A stretch of 64,000 nucleotides of DNA from IMG/VR virus record IMGVR_UViG_3300037067_013691, one strand, 5' to 3'. The translations under genes were made by a program, and so were the position numbers. The stretch's first letter is position 1. Each line of letters starts with the position of its first letter. This DNA comes from an uncultured virus (IMG/VR IMGVR_UViG_3300037067_013691) (lineage: Duplodnaviria > Heunggongvirae > Uroviricota > Caudoviricetes). The notes under the pieces are model-generated. The model did not search any database. It worked only from the letters and a program-made list of their open reading frames with translations, and was not told the DNA's origin. Shown piece by piece: positions 56,001 to 63,850 of this stretch.

Positions 56001-56821
56001 ATTGCTATCTCCCCCATTATAATCTTTTGTGATTTCGACCAATCTTCTTTCTCTTCAGGTGTCATACGTTTAAATACATAATCAGATGCAGCCGTTAATG
56101 CTCGATTAATAGCGAACGCATCACCCATTCCTGCTGCTGACCCTGTAAATCCTTGCCCCAAATTACCCGCACCGGATTGTTGATAATAATAGAGTGGAGG
56201 ATTCTCTTTATCTGTACCATCACCAAGTTTACGTGTTACTATTCTAGATAATAAATTCCTGTAATTAGACTTATAATTTTTAAACCATTCCCTATCTACT
56301 GCGGATACAGGCTGTATGGCAGCACCACCCCTAGTTACGCCCCTCGCTTTTTCCTTGCTCTCATTAATCTGTTTTATCTTTTCATTTAGCTTGTTATCAT
56401 CTGACCACTCTTCATCTGATAAAGAAGCTATCGTACTGCTAGATAAACCAGAACGTAATTTATCATTTGCAACATCACCAAAATCTTTCTGAACTTTAGC
56501 ATTATATTCTGCCATCAATTCAGCAAGTCTAGATGTTCCAATCCCACCAATACCAAATGTAGCACCTTTTTCTGACTCCTTTTCCCTAAATAACGCATAT
56601 TGATACGCTTTATATCTAGGTGAATCCTTGGCAGGAATCCCAATAGGGCTAATACTAACATACGTTTTTTTAACCTCAGCTTGTTTTGCAACAATTTGTG
56701 GAGTTTTATCGCCTATACGTGCCAATTGATCTGAAGTATATTTATTAGCATTACTTCCACGTGTAGCCTGATCTACTGTAAACTTTTGTGTACTTGTTGT
56801 TTTTAACTTATCTATTGCCAT
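47087..56821 (-). CDS. Giant (~3,245 aa) multidomain polyvalent protein: Nudix-like, 2H phosphoesterase, ART-like, Pro/Tyr-rich tail
   Basis: Two HITL motifs (YHITLRYIG, EPHITLL); ESGEAPIEISLVREAIDEGG; LYHVTT..SISFTTD..DEVRV; likely start MAIDK after GGAGGG. Confidence 0.8.
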   Translation of the reverse strand: MAIDKLKTTSTQKFTVDQATRGSNANKYTSDQLARIGDKTPQIVAKQAEVKKTYVSISPIGIPAKDSPRYKAYQYALFREKESEKGATFGIGGIGTSRLAELMAEYNAKVQKDFGDVANDKLRSGLSSSTIASLSDEEWSDDNKLNEKIKQINESKEKARGVTRGGAAIQPVSAVDREWFKNYKSNYRNLLSRIVTRKLGDGTDKENPPLYYYQQSGAGNLGQGFTGSAAGMGDAFAINRALTAASDYVFKRMTPEEKEDWSKSQKIIMGEIAISRGDSGGGKGYSGGGSKESKESKESKESKESKESIKGVSIEKNANGEEARLGGVLVGYEGSSRPGGGQSGFIGKETSKGAVGLASLSPIAQIAASVAGGTSGLTPEGVKIVNEVRKESGNNKLSGESLAAAVYKKGDISTASVIAPDKVSVLLAEDVAKKDKTDLSEFKQLNSEVKEKNKISDLASYRKYKYGDSVIKEARDQFANDINVFLAKDNPAEHENNLKVALEIYDRYGEFVAKQTLLSGINRVTGFTRSENPITFKDGTSVKLKGQVFSVPMGEYAKVTAPGISMQIMKDDGWAFVFRNPTDSTLLNVLDTTTNKVMTWAEFNRAYPSLRSGTDFNQYLARAIMVKDEDTRMPTITYVTIEKANNMVKTAKENKLKGINTKEDDFILDVANRMQGDDLRRQIEEYKTNEFVNIASGIQPTEVPVVVSLNSVEANRLLKLALSPREKDRTEKDKRIIEIYNKSLATNNGYRLDKFTEELRQDMADNPSIYMEGFISQFTPEGKALHPELEIGGKVAEEYLLKKEIPNAEGLKRIGESEVLISLEDLKPLRTAGITTDLFVPKSQSQIVVESSTKVGKSEDVGGPDELRGQNIAYFEAMTSPDVGSGKGKTPVLMKYAMIKGANGEVVGLWYQQAGEGWKTGNYTIDPKTKEVTQMMCSGPYCGNMAQDLRDGIKYVLKNDWNVGVAPSVVTEIKPKISEPVVSENVTQFNPIIEKPKTPSEFKEWQEWFNDSAKIIGDVEDKLYAGRDVDGNIFTITKDQYDKYSDNTKKIFNDYGVAGVIEYTNQVISGIDKYKNNDGTYDIFRYAEDNRNNGISLKNIEESLRTFAGDREELNKVVDSIIESLPTDNYISDREYNSLGEQERINYNNANPNDPRVKYFSVIGGLGTRTWAEAIRNIKYEGKTLTMEAMATNLSSVLNDWNKNISDKFNDWRKGIDVITANEVATIKLPQNQQLPPMAMLFPYFAPQYLAKKQIEELRNNIVGFSLWDKKAVNEWIDSQRDSQIQVYMKHGLSKEDAIKRVDEGWGYEAIHESASAVQEIGKMIPLIPLMMADNFNRLLEGDKKAIVDTAEEVGALTVFAIPNMAGSISTKIAGGKPGLATGEAIGYGIGIVVGPHTIIKGVGKGIRKVADVPNTVSQSTMANTIEIPMSGVPLKVGVGRALAVLQTLETIFKDGDFTKDKVIYDSTGKMVTRITPMARAGVTDWLHVTNRFDEYVRSLKDKGSVDFEIASRDSQFPGKGAYAAPNASVRLGAAIEPSGNKTGIIGYKFKFKQVPKEVQDIYNELSVLDESKVTFDVVRDVVNRAVEKYLELEDKGSLVGGTYPVFKTWDRPNIEKVLNYLKDNGVNLNINPKEPITGDKLKKFNEAYNKIPAQKKLELSEWVLEIEAYRTNNAPLYPTKVTVDSRIKELGDVSGGSYMRVDEDIINSAGKLSVKGGGKVPIMWLSEEPNQLPPTLIQKMEAEWLYEPLANARRIFRPIKTKLGFGYGNIRLGEIEGLEIKHYNNPSDYFSLPRRGTSIIRNPQNRDQILVGRAKEETHFDTIGGSNFKFGSSIIESGEAPIEISLVREAIDEGGVIPTGGKYVGQMSGRHMNTKLPNGQYKEGERVFDIYEVDYKGQPVASSEIDTLAWYDGNNLYSLDGKRISGKVSDITPNLLKYANNSKIKIDVKITEPQRALVKEKPVAIRWDKEQQKNIIVSKDEITQVVMLDESNNPINSLSVIRQKGQTIAEAIKLELDNRGIKSDEYSYISTEYKFPDNQWSEIIPGTIVDTYAVKVSNVGYGEIPQRPLELVNNTIGTRVWKKFNPELTDNNVYISGELSDKARNQIYKIQSKLKEEATKQGWDFIKWQEPDKYHITLRYIGKMPKEDLPKLAIAIDKINQYVKKQSIKFDVSGWETWPNAKDVNIVSLRMKDVGNMDKAYTLQRIVDAASTEAGLSPATYKFEPHITLLEIGDNVPITKKMEVGGYFVKNRNMEVIPVDELNIKVKEQGYGDVITEGVQLKEATPSVLEDVGSTGAGEALVEGAMEQRVVSEPYIEPKSIIVDTYQIWDNKKIGQSNISNYRIAEVGIDGLPEIDNNGFIRVFNDKGNLELVKYNDIKDNLMGLLAVPYMKIDKGLKIYATPDMTIEDIATKFRDPNAIDSIKISKAQLPEELYHVTTDVMGIDKTGKLTKLPSKGGLGGGEVERSISFTTDKNKAEQLRKDLIAVIEVSKLPLDKVDDYLLNLAKQDKFEIKPENITQDALLKSPYSRYYKINPTDMDWKQYKLNYYFNARENIAKIENPVFLRSLEYYNKLDSNNVGIVTINSNQIPDALITKLPLLDEVRVYGEVPIQPKEIMSKVEVPEKIVSGVATELEFKTYHANAYKEATGKDISAEQLNRDWSIFKDNQRRTYIVDKMTKLKASPQEIVDISLINHIPEDLVKKEFERHGYVYGGLRVQYKAPEFVNEATIEGVRRYNRIPEKVLDEFDRVRKVGDINNANILRNELYDEYGILLHEGRYGDIPLPSDVKPEVVKYLAESKGELWTFEGRKLQNKIDNLYMYDIYKDAQLRGSDRVRDLVDDIDAGFIKPTRISSVLNDVAKELYGGELSNYNLAKLSKGYRNYRKNIGKEEVTRFSEQMKGIDKKLENLVDRTSKGEITDIEISDWVKETYPEYNRGFTIPENQISSYVDSFKTWVKDLTAKDTKSIGREIRTKFDLYNEAVKNAKLEDYYKGTKGYGEIKIGTPPYIKYGKEYTESEYKPSTLVSYLKVQYPNNKYPPYPIGEYPPTPKYPPAGEYPPIPQYPPYGKYSPEQKYPPTPKYPPAGEYPPTVNPPPIPPRTTKPPAIIKSRRSWEDLTEQEKTASIVWKQGFWHWALVPPFTQKDLIGSKEPFAGTKIHHGPKAAYKSVARVQGSALPEKITVDLGIMDISFVQDKDGKDVKVYYVADPMQRTKSGSVEGYPQAIVKRIPRRYSQTTTQVSSIK
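47520..47710 (-). repeat. Coding repeats YPPxxx (YPPTPKYPPAGE x2)
   Basis: GGAGGATATTCACCAGCAGGGGGATATTTAGGAGTAGGTGGATA occurs twice. Confidence 0.85.
55897..55955. repeat. 9-bp tandem repeat (TACTCTCTT)x6.5 encoding (SKE)6
   Basis: Read directly. Confidence 0.95.
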
Positions 56822-56822
56822 T

Positions 56823-57131
56823 TTACATCCCTCCTCTACTATTGGATGTCCATCTAGAGATAACATACAACACTATAACTATTAAAAATATAGCCATCGA
56901 TGGAACATATAATTGTGTAACTGCTTGTTCTAATCCAGTCATAGGTATTCTGCCTGCCTGTTCTGCTGTCAATATCTTCCCCGTAGCATTCCACGTTGTC
57001 ATATCTGAAGCATTAAACGTCTGGGCTAATGTTCCATTATCGGCAGTCCAATGTAAAGCAATACTTTGTGTAATAGGAACAATAATGAATATCCCTATCA
57101 AACACCAAAACACAAACATTACCTTGCCCAC
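56823..57131 (-). CDS. Small two-TM protein with a sequon-bearing loop (candidate minor virion protein)
   Basis: TM - loop with NGT, NAS, NAT - TM. Confidence 0.7.
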   Translation of the reverse strand: MGKVMFVFWCLIGIFIIVPITQSIALHWTADNGTLAQTFNASDMTTWNATGKILTAEQAGRIPMTGLEQAVTQLYVPSMAIFLIVIVLYVISRWTSNSRGGM

Positions 57132-57565
57132 TATGCACCTCTTATTAATCTAGCAATCATTAATCCAAATGAAATCAATACACCACACATAATAGGAACA
57201 TAGAGTAATATCCAAACTAAATAATACTCATTACGTATCATACATACATTATCTGTACTATTCCACTTGCCCCCTGCTGTAGCACATTGTGCCTCAGTCT
57301 TTGTACTATCTATATCATATAACCATGAATAATCAGCCGTAACAGCTTTAATAAAATAGTCAAGTGCACTTTTAGGTGTCCCACCATAGCTTAGAACACC
57401 ACCAACAGTAGGATCAGAAGCTTGCGAAGTCTGTATCTGACCCATTCCATTAATCATAGCAACCTGCTCTTCTGTATATAAGCTAACACCCTCTACTATA
57501 TTACCAACTAATGTTAACACTAGAAATATAAAAATACAGGAAATAAACCACTTTGGACTATCCAC
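57131..57565 (-). CDS. Two-TM membrane protein
   Basis: Terminal hydrophobic helices; loop with a C..C pair. Confidence 0.75.
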   Translation of the reverse strand: MDSPKWFISCIFIFLVLTLVGNIVEGVSLYTEEQVAMINGMGQIQTSQASDPTVGGVLSYGGTPKSALDYFIKAVTADYSWLYDIDSTKTEAQCATAGGKWNSTDNVCMIRNEYYLVWILLYVPIMCGVLISFGLMIARLIRGA

Positions 57566-57568
57566 TTT

Positions 57569-59341
57569 TTATCTCCTTTCTCCCACAAATATACCTGCCA
57601 ACGCTATTACAACAAATGGAACTATATTCCACAATGGAACTAACTTTAATACTGCCATTACTATTATTGTTCCAGCTACAACGACAATAGATAATAATAA
57701 ATTATTATTACCAAAAGATGAATAGAATATAATCCCTATTGATACACTAACCATCATTGCTAACATATACCAAAATGTTGATTTAGGTATCTCCCATTGA
57801 TCGGCAGCAAAATTAACTATTGAATAAAAGGGCGTATTCTGCATATTGGTGTAATCAGGTGATTGAAACCACATATCTGATGTACTAGGATTATCAACAA
57901 TATCTACCCCCTCTCCCGTAGAAGCTAATGTAGTCACCATTACCGTAGCATTAGATGTAGAATAAAATCCTGATGTTTCGCCCCATGCCATAATATAATA
58001 AGTAGTGCCTGCTGCTAAACCTGTTTTGGTAGTAGAACTCTGTACATCAAAATATACCAAAGCACCATCCGTTGTAGATGTAGGATACGAACCAGCTTTA
58101 TATCTTATTAATGTTCGGCTTGAACCAACCCCTTTTGCCCATGATAAAGATACTGAATTAGCTTCAGGAATAACCACTAAATTTGTAGGTTCACTAACTC
58201 CAGTACTGGTAGTAAATGTTATTTCTGCACCTAATTGAGTAGAAACATCATTTGTTATTTCTGCTCTAATATAATAAGTAGTACCTATTGCTAGTCCTGA
58301 TATATCAACATATGGTAAATCACCTGTCTCATAACCATCTACTGCCGTAGTATTAGATGTATAAACATTAGTTACTGTGCCCCGCAAAAAACGTACTTCA
58401 CAAGATTGCCCACCATCATTACTTACTAACGCATTTAATCTTGCTGTAGCTGAAGTAATTTGGGATACACTAGACGTAGTAATAGAAGGATCATTTAGCA
58501 TTGTAAATGCTACCTCATCACCATACGCATATCCTAAATTATTATGTGCGTAAGAACGGTAGTAATATGTTGTTCCTTTTATTAATCCCGTCTTAATATA
58601 GGAATATATACCAATTGCACTAGCACCTTCTGTTGAATTAGCAGTATATGTAGATGGGGGAACTATATTATCAGGGTTCGTAGAATTTGACGTAGCCCCC
58701 CATACAAATCCTCTTAAATCAAGCGTTCCACCATTAAGTCCTGTAACATCACCATTTAATGTCACACTATGTACTCCACCTGTATAAGAAATATTAGATG
58801 CAATATCCGTAGTAGTAGATGGTACAGTTGCAATATAATCCACCACCACATAAGCATAAGTAACCCAATTATTAGAAACTGATGTCGCTTGAAATCCGAA
58901 TTGTGCACTATCTACATCACTTTTTGTCCATGCCAAACCTGTACTTGGATTTGTTGCCCATGTATATGAATACAATACCCATAAAGTCGTTATAGACTGA
59001 CTATGACTATCATCAATCCCTCCAATTCTAACCATAGGTAAAATACCAACGCTACCACTTGGATTCTTTGCCTTAAAATAAAATGTCACTGAATTGATTG
59101 TTGCACTTGGAGTAGTATCTGCAAACTCCCATGTATGCGCTTTATTATACGTTAACTGAATATATGCAGTATCATCATCTGTGTTTATATTTGTATAATC
59201 AGCAGCCCCACCAACATATGTACCAAATATATAATATCCCTCTCCTGTCGCTATTTGTGTAATTGTAGTAGCATATACAGGAGTAGGAACTAATCCCATA
59301 AGCATCACAACTAATAAACATACATATATTAAATACTTCAT
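57569..59341 (-). CDS. Exported Ser/Thr-rich FN3-like protein with 3 C-terminal TM helices
   Basis: Signal peptide (VYA-T); repeated GL..GTTYY.R/M motifs; hydrophobic C-terminus. Confidence 0.8.
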   Translation of the reverse strand: MKYLIYVCLLVVMLMGLVPTPVYATTITQIATGEGYYIFGTYVGGAADYTNINTDDDTAYIQLTYNKAHTWEFADTTPSATINSVTFYFKAKNPSGSVGILPMVRIGGIDDSHSQSITTLWVLYSYTWATNPSTGLAWTKSDVDSAQFGFQATSVSNNWVTYAYVVVDYIATVPSTTTDIASNISYTGGVHSVTLNGDVTGLNGGTLDLRGFVWGATSNSTNPDNIVPPSTYTANSTEGASAIGIYSYIKTGLIKGTTYYYRSYAHNNLGYAYGDEVAFTMLNDPSITTSSVSQITSATARLNALVSNDGGQSCEVRFLRGTVTNVYTSNTTAVDGYETGDLPYVDISGLAIGTTYYIRAEITNDVSTQLGAEITFTTSTGVSEPTNLVVIPEANSVSLSWAKGVGSSRTLIRYKAGSYPTSTTDGALVYFDVQSSTTKTGLAAGTTYYIMAWGETSGFYSTSNATVMVTTLASTGEGVDIVDNPSTSDMWFQSPDYTNMQNTPFYSIVNFAADQWEIPKSTFWYMLAMMVSVSIGIIFYSSFGNNNLLLSIVVVAGTIIVMAVLKLVPLWNIVPFVVIALAGIFVGERR

Positions 59342-59342
59342 A

Positions 59343-62300
59343 CTATGCGCCTGTCTTTAACCATACTTGCCATACAAATAATACCAACGCTACCGCTAAC
59401 ATAATTGCCATCATTGCTAACTCTGCCAAACCTGTACCCCACAAAATAATAATAATTGGCACAGGGATAACAATAGCTGCAATAGCATGACCAGCAGGAA
59501 AACATAGTAACGCTACTATGGCATATACAACAAATCCTATTAACGTACCAACCGTACTACCCTCAATATTAAACGAGTTACCTACAGTAGAAAATATACG
59601 TGTAACTTGTGGGCCAAGCAATGTCCGCCATGCTAATTCTGATTGATACTCATGATTATAATCATCCTCATTTGGAGTAGGAGAACTGGATACAATTGTA
59701 AATAAATTAGGACGCACAACATCTAATTCTGGGATACACGTTGAAAAGATAACACCACCACTAGAATTCAAACAAACACCACGCCCTGAGATATACTCAG
59801 TTAAATCAGTTGAATAATATGTCTCCATTAAAGAAGCAGAAGACCGCACCCACGAATCCAATCTAGTTAAATCTGAACCCTGCCAATCAGATGATACTAA
59901 AGCATACTCGGCATAAGTATTCGGTGAAAAATTAGCATAAATCCTTACCCTATAAGATGAACCCCAATCTAATGCAGTTACAGAGTCAGCAGCAAGATAT
60001 ATTGAACCTGGTCTATATCCCCACTCAAAACACTTAGTTTGTGCTATAACTGTTGTACCATTAACCAATTGTAAATAAAATAATGTTGACACATCTTTAG
60101 CTTGGTCATAGTAAGGAGGATAAAAGTTCTTATATAATAATGTAATTAGCCAATCCCCTGTCTCAATGTATCCAGAAAAAACTTTAGCATCATCTACTGA
60201 CAAGCATGGATTGCCCCATACTTCAAATAAATAATCTACAGTCCATAATGATACCCACGATACACCATCTGTAACAGAATATCCCCCTGCTCCACCACCA
60301 TATCCACCACCACTATCAGCTTGCCACATTACATAATTTGAAGAATCACCTGCAACTGCACGTATCACAACAGCATATGTAGTATTAGCTGTAAGGCATT
60401 TCTCTGTATCCATTGTAAATGTATACCACGTGTAAGATGTTGAGAAAGAATTACCATCTAATTCACAATAAACTAAATCAGCACCCGTAGGATATGGGTC
60501 TGTACTATATGCAGTAGTTTGCGTACTCCAAATATATCCAGTTGCGTTATGCGAATAAGACCTATAATAATAGGTTTGATATGCACTAGTAGGAGCATCA
60601 TAAGTCCAACTACCAGCCGAATAAGACCCACTAACAGTATAATTAGTAGAATATGATGCTGGTGGATTTTCCTTTACTGGTAAAGTAGCATTAGAAGTAT
60701 GTCCCCAAGCAAATCCTCTAGCATCCATAGTTGTAATATATGAGCCTGAAAATGTTGTTGTAGTTGGTGTTACTGTATTACGAATAGATACCCTGACAGT
60801 TCCAGGACTTCCCACCTTTTTAAGCATTACTTTTACAGTAGTAATAGAATGTGGAATATCAGTTGTATTAGTAGTAAATGTTTGATAAGTTAAATTAGCT
60901 GAGTTAATTTTGTTAGAATCACCATCACCACCAATATTCCAATATTCATAAGGAACAGGAGAACCTTTTGTTGCAAATAACTTATCATCACCATAGTACC
61001 ATGTTGATCCAAGTAGCATCTTAGCACGATAATGATAAACAGTAGCCGCATTTAACCCCGTAACAGACCTACTAAATACACCTGAACTATATGTTCCTGA
61101 TTCTACACTAGAATAACCATAAGAAGAATTTAAACCATAATCAAACCCTACTTGTGAAACTGTAAGTGTAGATGATACTACTAACAAACCATTTAATATT
61201 GCCGTAGTCTGTGTAAATCCTGTTACTCCTTTGGTAGTAACTGAATTTTCATATGGGGTAGAAATACAACCAGTATATGTATCAGAATACTGTGAAAGTA
61301 CACCATCATAACACCATGTCCATGCTCTAAAATAATACGCTGTACCATTTATCAATCCCATTTGGACATAATTTGTTCCAGTAGAATTGTATGATAGAGT
61401 GCCATCCGTAACATCCGCAGGATATCCACCTGTTTTATATCTAATTACAGTATGAACAACTGTACCTGTACCCGCAACTGCATTTGTCCATGTTAAATCT
61501 ATAGCAGAATTATTTGATGTACAGGTGAATCCAGTTGGCTCTGTAGGCTTGGTTAAAAATGTTTCCTCGCCACCCCATCCATATCCTGTAACATTATATG
61601 AATATGCTCTTTCATAATACCTATCACCAGATGTTAATCCTGTCTTATTATAAGAAAATGCTCCTGTTGAGAAAACTCCCACTTCTGTATAATTTGACGT
61701 ATAAGAGGCTGGAGGAACTTCATTTACTGGTAACGTACTATTAGATGTTGTCCCCCATGCAAATCCTCTCATTGTAGGATTTAATGCATCAATTATTTGT
61801 CCATTCATTGTAGAAGTGGTTTCTTCCACTAATGTAGTTGTATTAGTTGTAGTGATAGGAACAGGAGAGGGAAGAGTATACTCAATATGTAATTTAGCAC
61901 ATTTAGTAGTTGACCCATCATAAGTATAAACATCCCTGTAAGTATTATTAACAGCAGTAGAACTTCCTGCATGGTCGTCCCAAAATAAAACCATAGCATT
62001 CCCACTCACCCATCCTCCCCGTGACACTATCTCTTGAATTATTGTCTTAATTTCAGGTGAATTATATGCCGTATTTGCAGTCCAAGCAGGAATCCCATTC
62101 CATGTCACAGATGCAGTAGTAATATAGTTATTATTCGCACCCGCAACAATTGTTCCTCTCCTCGCCTGATAATTAGCTAATGTAGAAAATACAGCAGCAT
62201 TATCTTCATCATCACCAATAATTACTGAGTTTACTACTGTATTTGATAATGATGTGACTGCCGTATAGGTTAAATACGATGTAGTAATAGTTCCTGTATT

Positions 62301-63236
62301 TGGGATAGTAACATTGAGAAAACGATATCCACCCCCAAACTTAAAACCAGCAGCACTATAACATCCTACATCAGATGATGTAATTGCTATACCATCTGTA
62401 GCCCAAGCAGAACCATTCCAATAAACACGCATATCTCCTGCGCTTGCACCTACTATTAAATCAAGAGTAGGGTCTATTTCTATTGGATATTTAGATACTT
62501 TACCTTTATCTATATTCTCTATTAAAACATTATTTATATAAGAAGTATCTACTTTAATATTATCTACACCACCATCTCTTGCCTGATAATCTACCTTTAT
62601 ACCACTGCCACTCTTAGTTAAATTAAAAGTGGCTTTAGTTGGTGCAGCAGACGATTTAAGTATTCTCTTAAACCGTACCATTGAATTAGATGCCTCTAAT
62701 ATTATATCAGTATCAATTGCAACATCTTTAAATGTAACCTTACCACTTTCTACGATTGCTGATTGTATCGGGATAGATTTATCATCTATTTGAGTAATTT
62801 TAATATCAACTATTGAACCAGTTCGTTTATCTTTAACTATTATAGACTTATTCTGATAATCTATTGATAGTTCATATGGTGCTTTTGTGATTTTACCATC
62901 AACAATAGTTAAATCAATATCTTTCCACTGCTCTACAGAACTATCATAATTATCTTTATAATGTATAGGAGCTAATGCGATATCTGTAGAATACTTACCA
63001 CCACCAAGATAGATTATTTTACAATTCTCTGTACGATTTCCAATAATTTCCTGATTAGGAAAATATTTAATTCCCCCTACTACCACTACATCTTCTGTTA
63101 CTGATGGTTTATTTAAGAAGGGAAACAATAACCCTAACGGGTCAGCAGCTTGAACAGGTTGAGGTATCACCATTAACAATGTAACGATGACCAACAACAA
63201 AGAATTGACCCATCTTACCTTTTGCCAATTCTGCAT
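59343..63236 (-). CDS. Large exported FN3-like adhesin/spike-like protein with 3 C-terminal TM helices
   Basis: Signal peptide (VQA-A), YPIEIDPT motif, FN3-like repeats, many N-x-S/T sequons. Confidence 0.8.
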   Translation of the reverse strand: MQNWQKVRWVNSLLLVIVTLLMVIPQPVQAADPLGLLFPFLNKPSVTEDVVVVGGIKYFPNQEIIGNRTENCKIIYLGGGKYSTDIALAPIHYKDNYDSSVEQWKDIDLTIVDGKITKAPYELSIDYQNKSIIVKDKRTGSIVDIKITQIDDKSIPIQSAIVESGKVTFKDVAIDTDIILEASNSMVRFKRILKSSAAPTKATFNLTKSGSGIKVDYQARDGGVDNIKVDTSYINNVLIENIDKGKVSKYPIEIDPTLDLIVGASAGDMRVYWNGSAWATDGIAITSSDVGCYSAAGFKFGGGYRFLNVTIPNTGTITTSYLTYTAVTSLSNTVVNSVIIGDDEDNAAVFSTLANYQARRGTIVAGANNNYITTASVTWNGIPAWTANTAYNSPEIKTIIQEIVSRGGWVSGNAMVLFWDDHAGSSTAVNNTYRDVYTYDGSTTKCAKLHIEYTLPSPVPITTTNTTTLVEETTSTMNGQIIDALNPTMRGFAWGTTSNSTLPVNEVPPASYTSNYTEVGVFSTGAFSYNKTGLTSGDRYYERAYSYNVTGYGWGGEETFLTKPTEPTGFTCTSNNSAIDLTWTNAVAGTGTVVHTVIRYKTGGYPADVTDGTLSYNSTGTNYVQMGLINGTAYYFRAWTWCYDGVLSQYSDTYTGCISTPYENSVTTKGVTGFTQTTAILNGLLVVSSTLTVSQVGFDYGLNSSYGYSSVESGTYSSGVFSRSVTGLNAATVYHYRAKMLLGSTWYYGDDKLFATKGSPVPYEYWNIGGDGDSNKINSANLTYQTFTTNTTDIPHSITTVKVMLKKVGSPGTVRVSIRNTVTPTTTTFSGSYITTMDARGFAWGHTSNATLPVKENPPASYSTNYTVSGSYSAGSWTYDAPTSAYQTYYYRSYSHNATGYIWSTQTTAYSTDPYPTGADLVYCELDGNSFSTSYTWYTFTMDTEKCLTANTTYAVVIRAVAGDSSNYVMWQADSGGGYGGGAGGYSVTDGVSWVSLWTVDYLFEVWGNPCLSVDDAKVFSGYIETGDWLITLLYKNFYPPYYDQAKDVSTLFYLQLVNGTTVIAQTKCFEWGYRPGSIYLAADSVTALDWGSSYRVRIYANFSPNTYAEYALVSSDWQGSDLTRLDSWVRSSASLMETYYSTDLTEYISGRGVCLNSSGGVIFSTCIPELDVVRPNLFTIVSSSPTPNEDDYNHEYQSELAWRTLLGPQVTRIFSTVGNSFNIEGSTVGTLIGFVVYAIVALLCFPAGHAIAAIVIPVPIIIILWGTGLAELAMMAIMLAVALVLFVWQVWLKTGA

Positions 63237-63427
63237 TTGCCCTCAAAATACTGATAATCTGCCCTTGCTGTTTTTTGAATCTTAGGGTCTTTAGACTTAT
63301 ACATTAAATAACGACAAAATCTAGCAGAACCATCATATCCACCCTTGCTTGCTAATATTTTATATCGTCTCTGTCTCTGTGTATCAGTCTTATCCCAAAC
63401 AAATGGCTGATGTGGACGTATCCTCAT
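63215..63427 (-). CDS. Small basic protein, paralog of 37342..37599
   Basis: W.K....RR...Y...AR...D....ARAD..YF shared. Confidence 0.7.
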   Translation of the reverse strand: MRIRPHQPFVWDKTDTQRQRRYKILASKGGYDGSARFCRYLMYKSKDPKIQKTARADYQYFEGKCRIGKR

Positions 63428-63430
63428 TCT

Positions 63431-63580
63431 TTAACCCTTAAATAAACCTTTTAAATTACCTTTACCACTACTAAATGTCTTTTTAAAATCAGCGTTCAAT
63501 TGACCAATAGACTTAGTTACAATTTTCTTGTTAACAAATTTATCCAACTTAGAAACCTTACGTTTTGTTTTCTTTGGCAC
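63431..63580 (-). CDS. 49-aa basic protein (GTG start; not in the ORF track)
   Basis: PKKTKRK..ADFKKTFSSGKGNLKGLFKG. Confidence 0.55.
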   Translation of the reverse strand: MPKKTKRKVSKLDKFVNKKIVTKSIGQLNADFKKTFSSGKGNLKGLFKG

Positions 63581-63801
63581 TTTAGTTTCCCCCTTTATTA
63601 ATATTCTTATTTCTGTTCCGTTTTAATGTCTTGCGATACTTATGCTTACACATCTTTTTTATGTGCCATTTCAAACCATTTTTACTCATCTCAAACTAGC
63701 ACGATGCTTTGATTTTATCTTAGCACCAGTATGATACTTCTTACACTTACAACAATATCGTTTCTTAACCATCTTTATTATCCCTACATTTATTTTATAG
63801 T

Positions 63802-63834
63802 GGGGGTAGTTCCCTTTTATTGAGAACTACCCCC
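63802..63834 (-). other. 11-bp GC-rich stem-loop just after the terminal ORF
   Basis: GGGGGTAGTTC / GAACTACCCCC; no U-tract on the minus strand. Confidence 0.75.
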
Positions 63835-63850
63835 TTGACTTAAACTAAAC

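Noticed and set aside
47087..56821. Tape-measure protein or virion RNA polymerase
   Set aside because: No tail genes nearby, no long regular helical repeats, and no DxDGD-type motif noticed
47373..58238. Plus-strand ORFs opposite the giant and structural genes, and similar antisense ORFs elsewhere
   Set aside because: Shadow frames with no SD and implausible composition
57569..63236. Diversity-generating retroelement target/template pair
   Set aside because: No reverse transcriptase; repeat differences are not adenine-restricted
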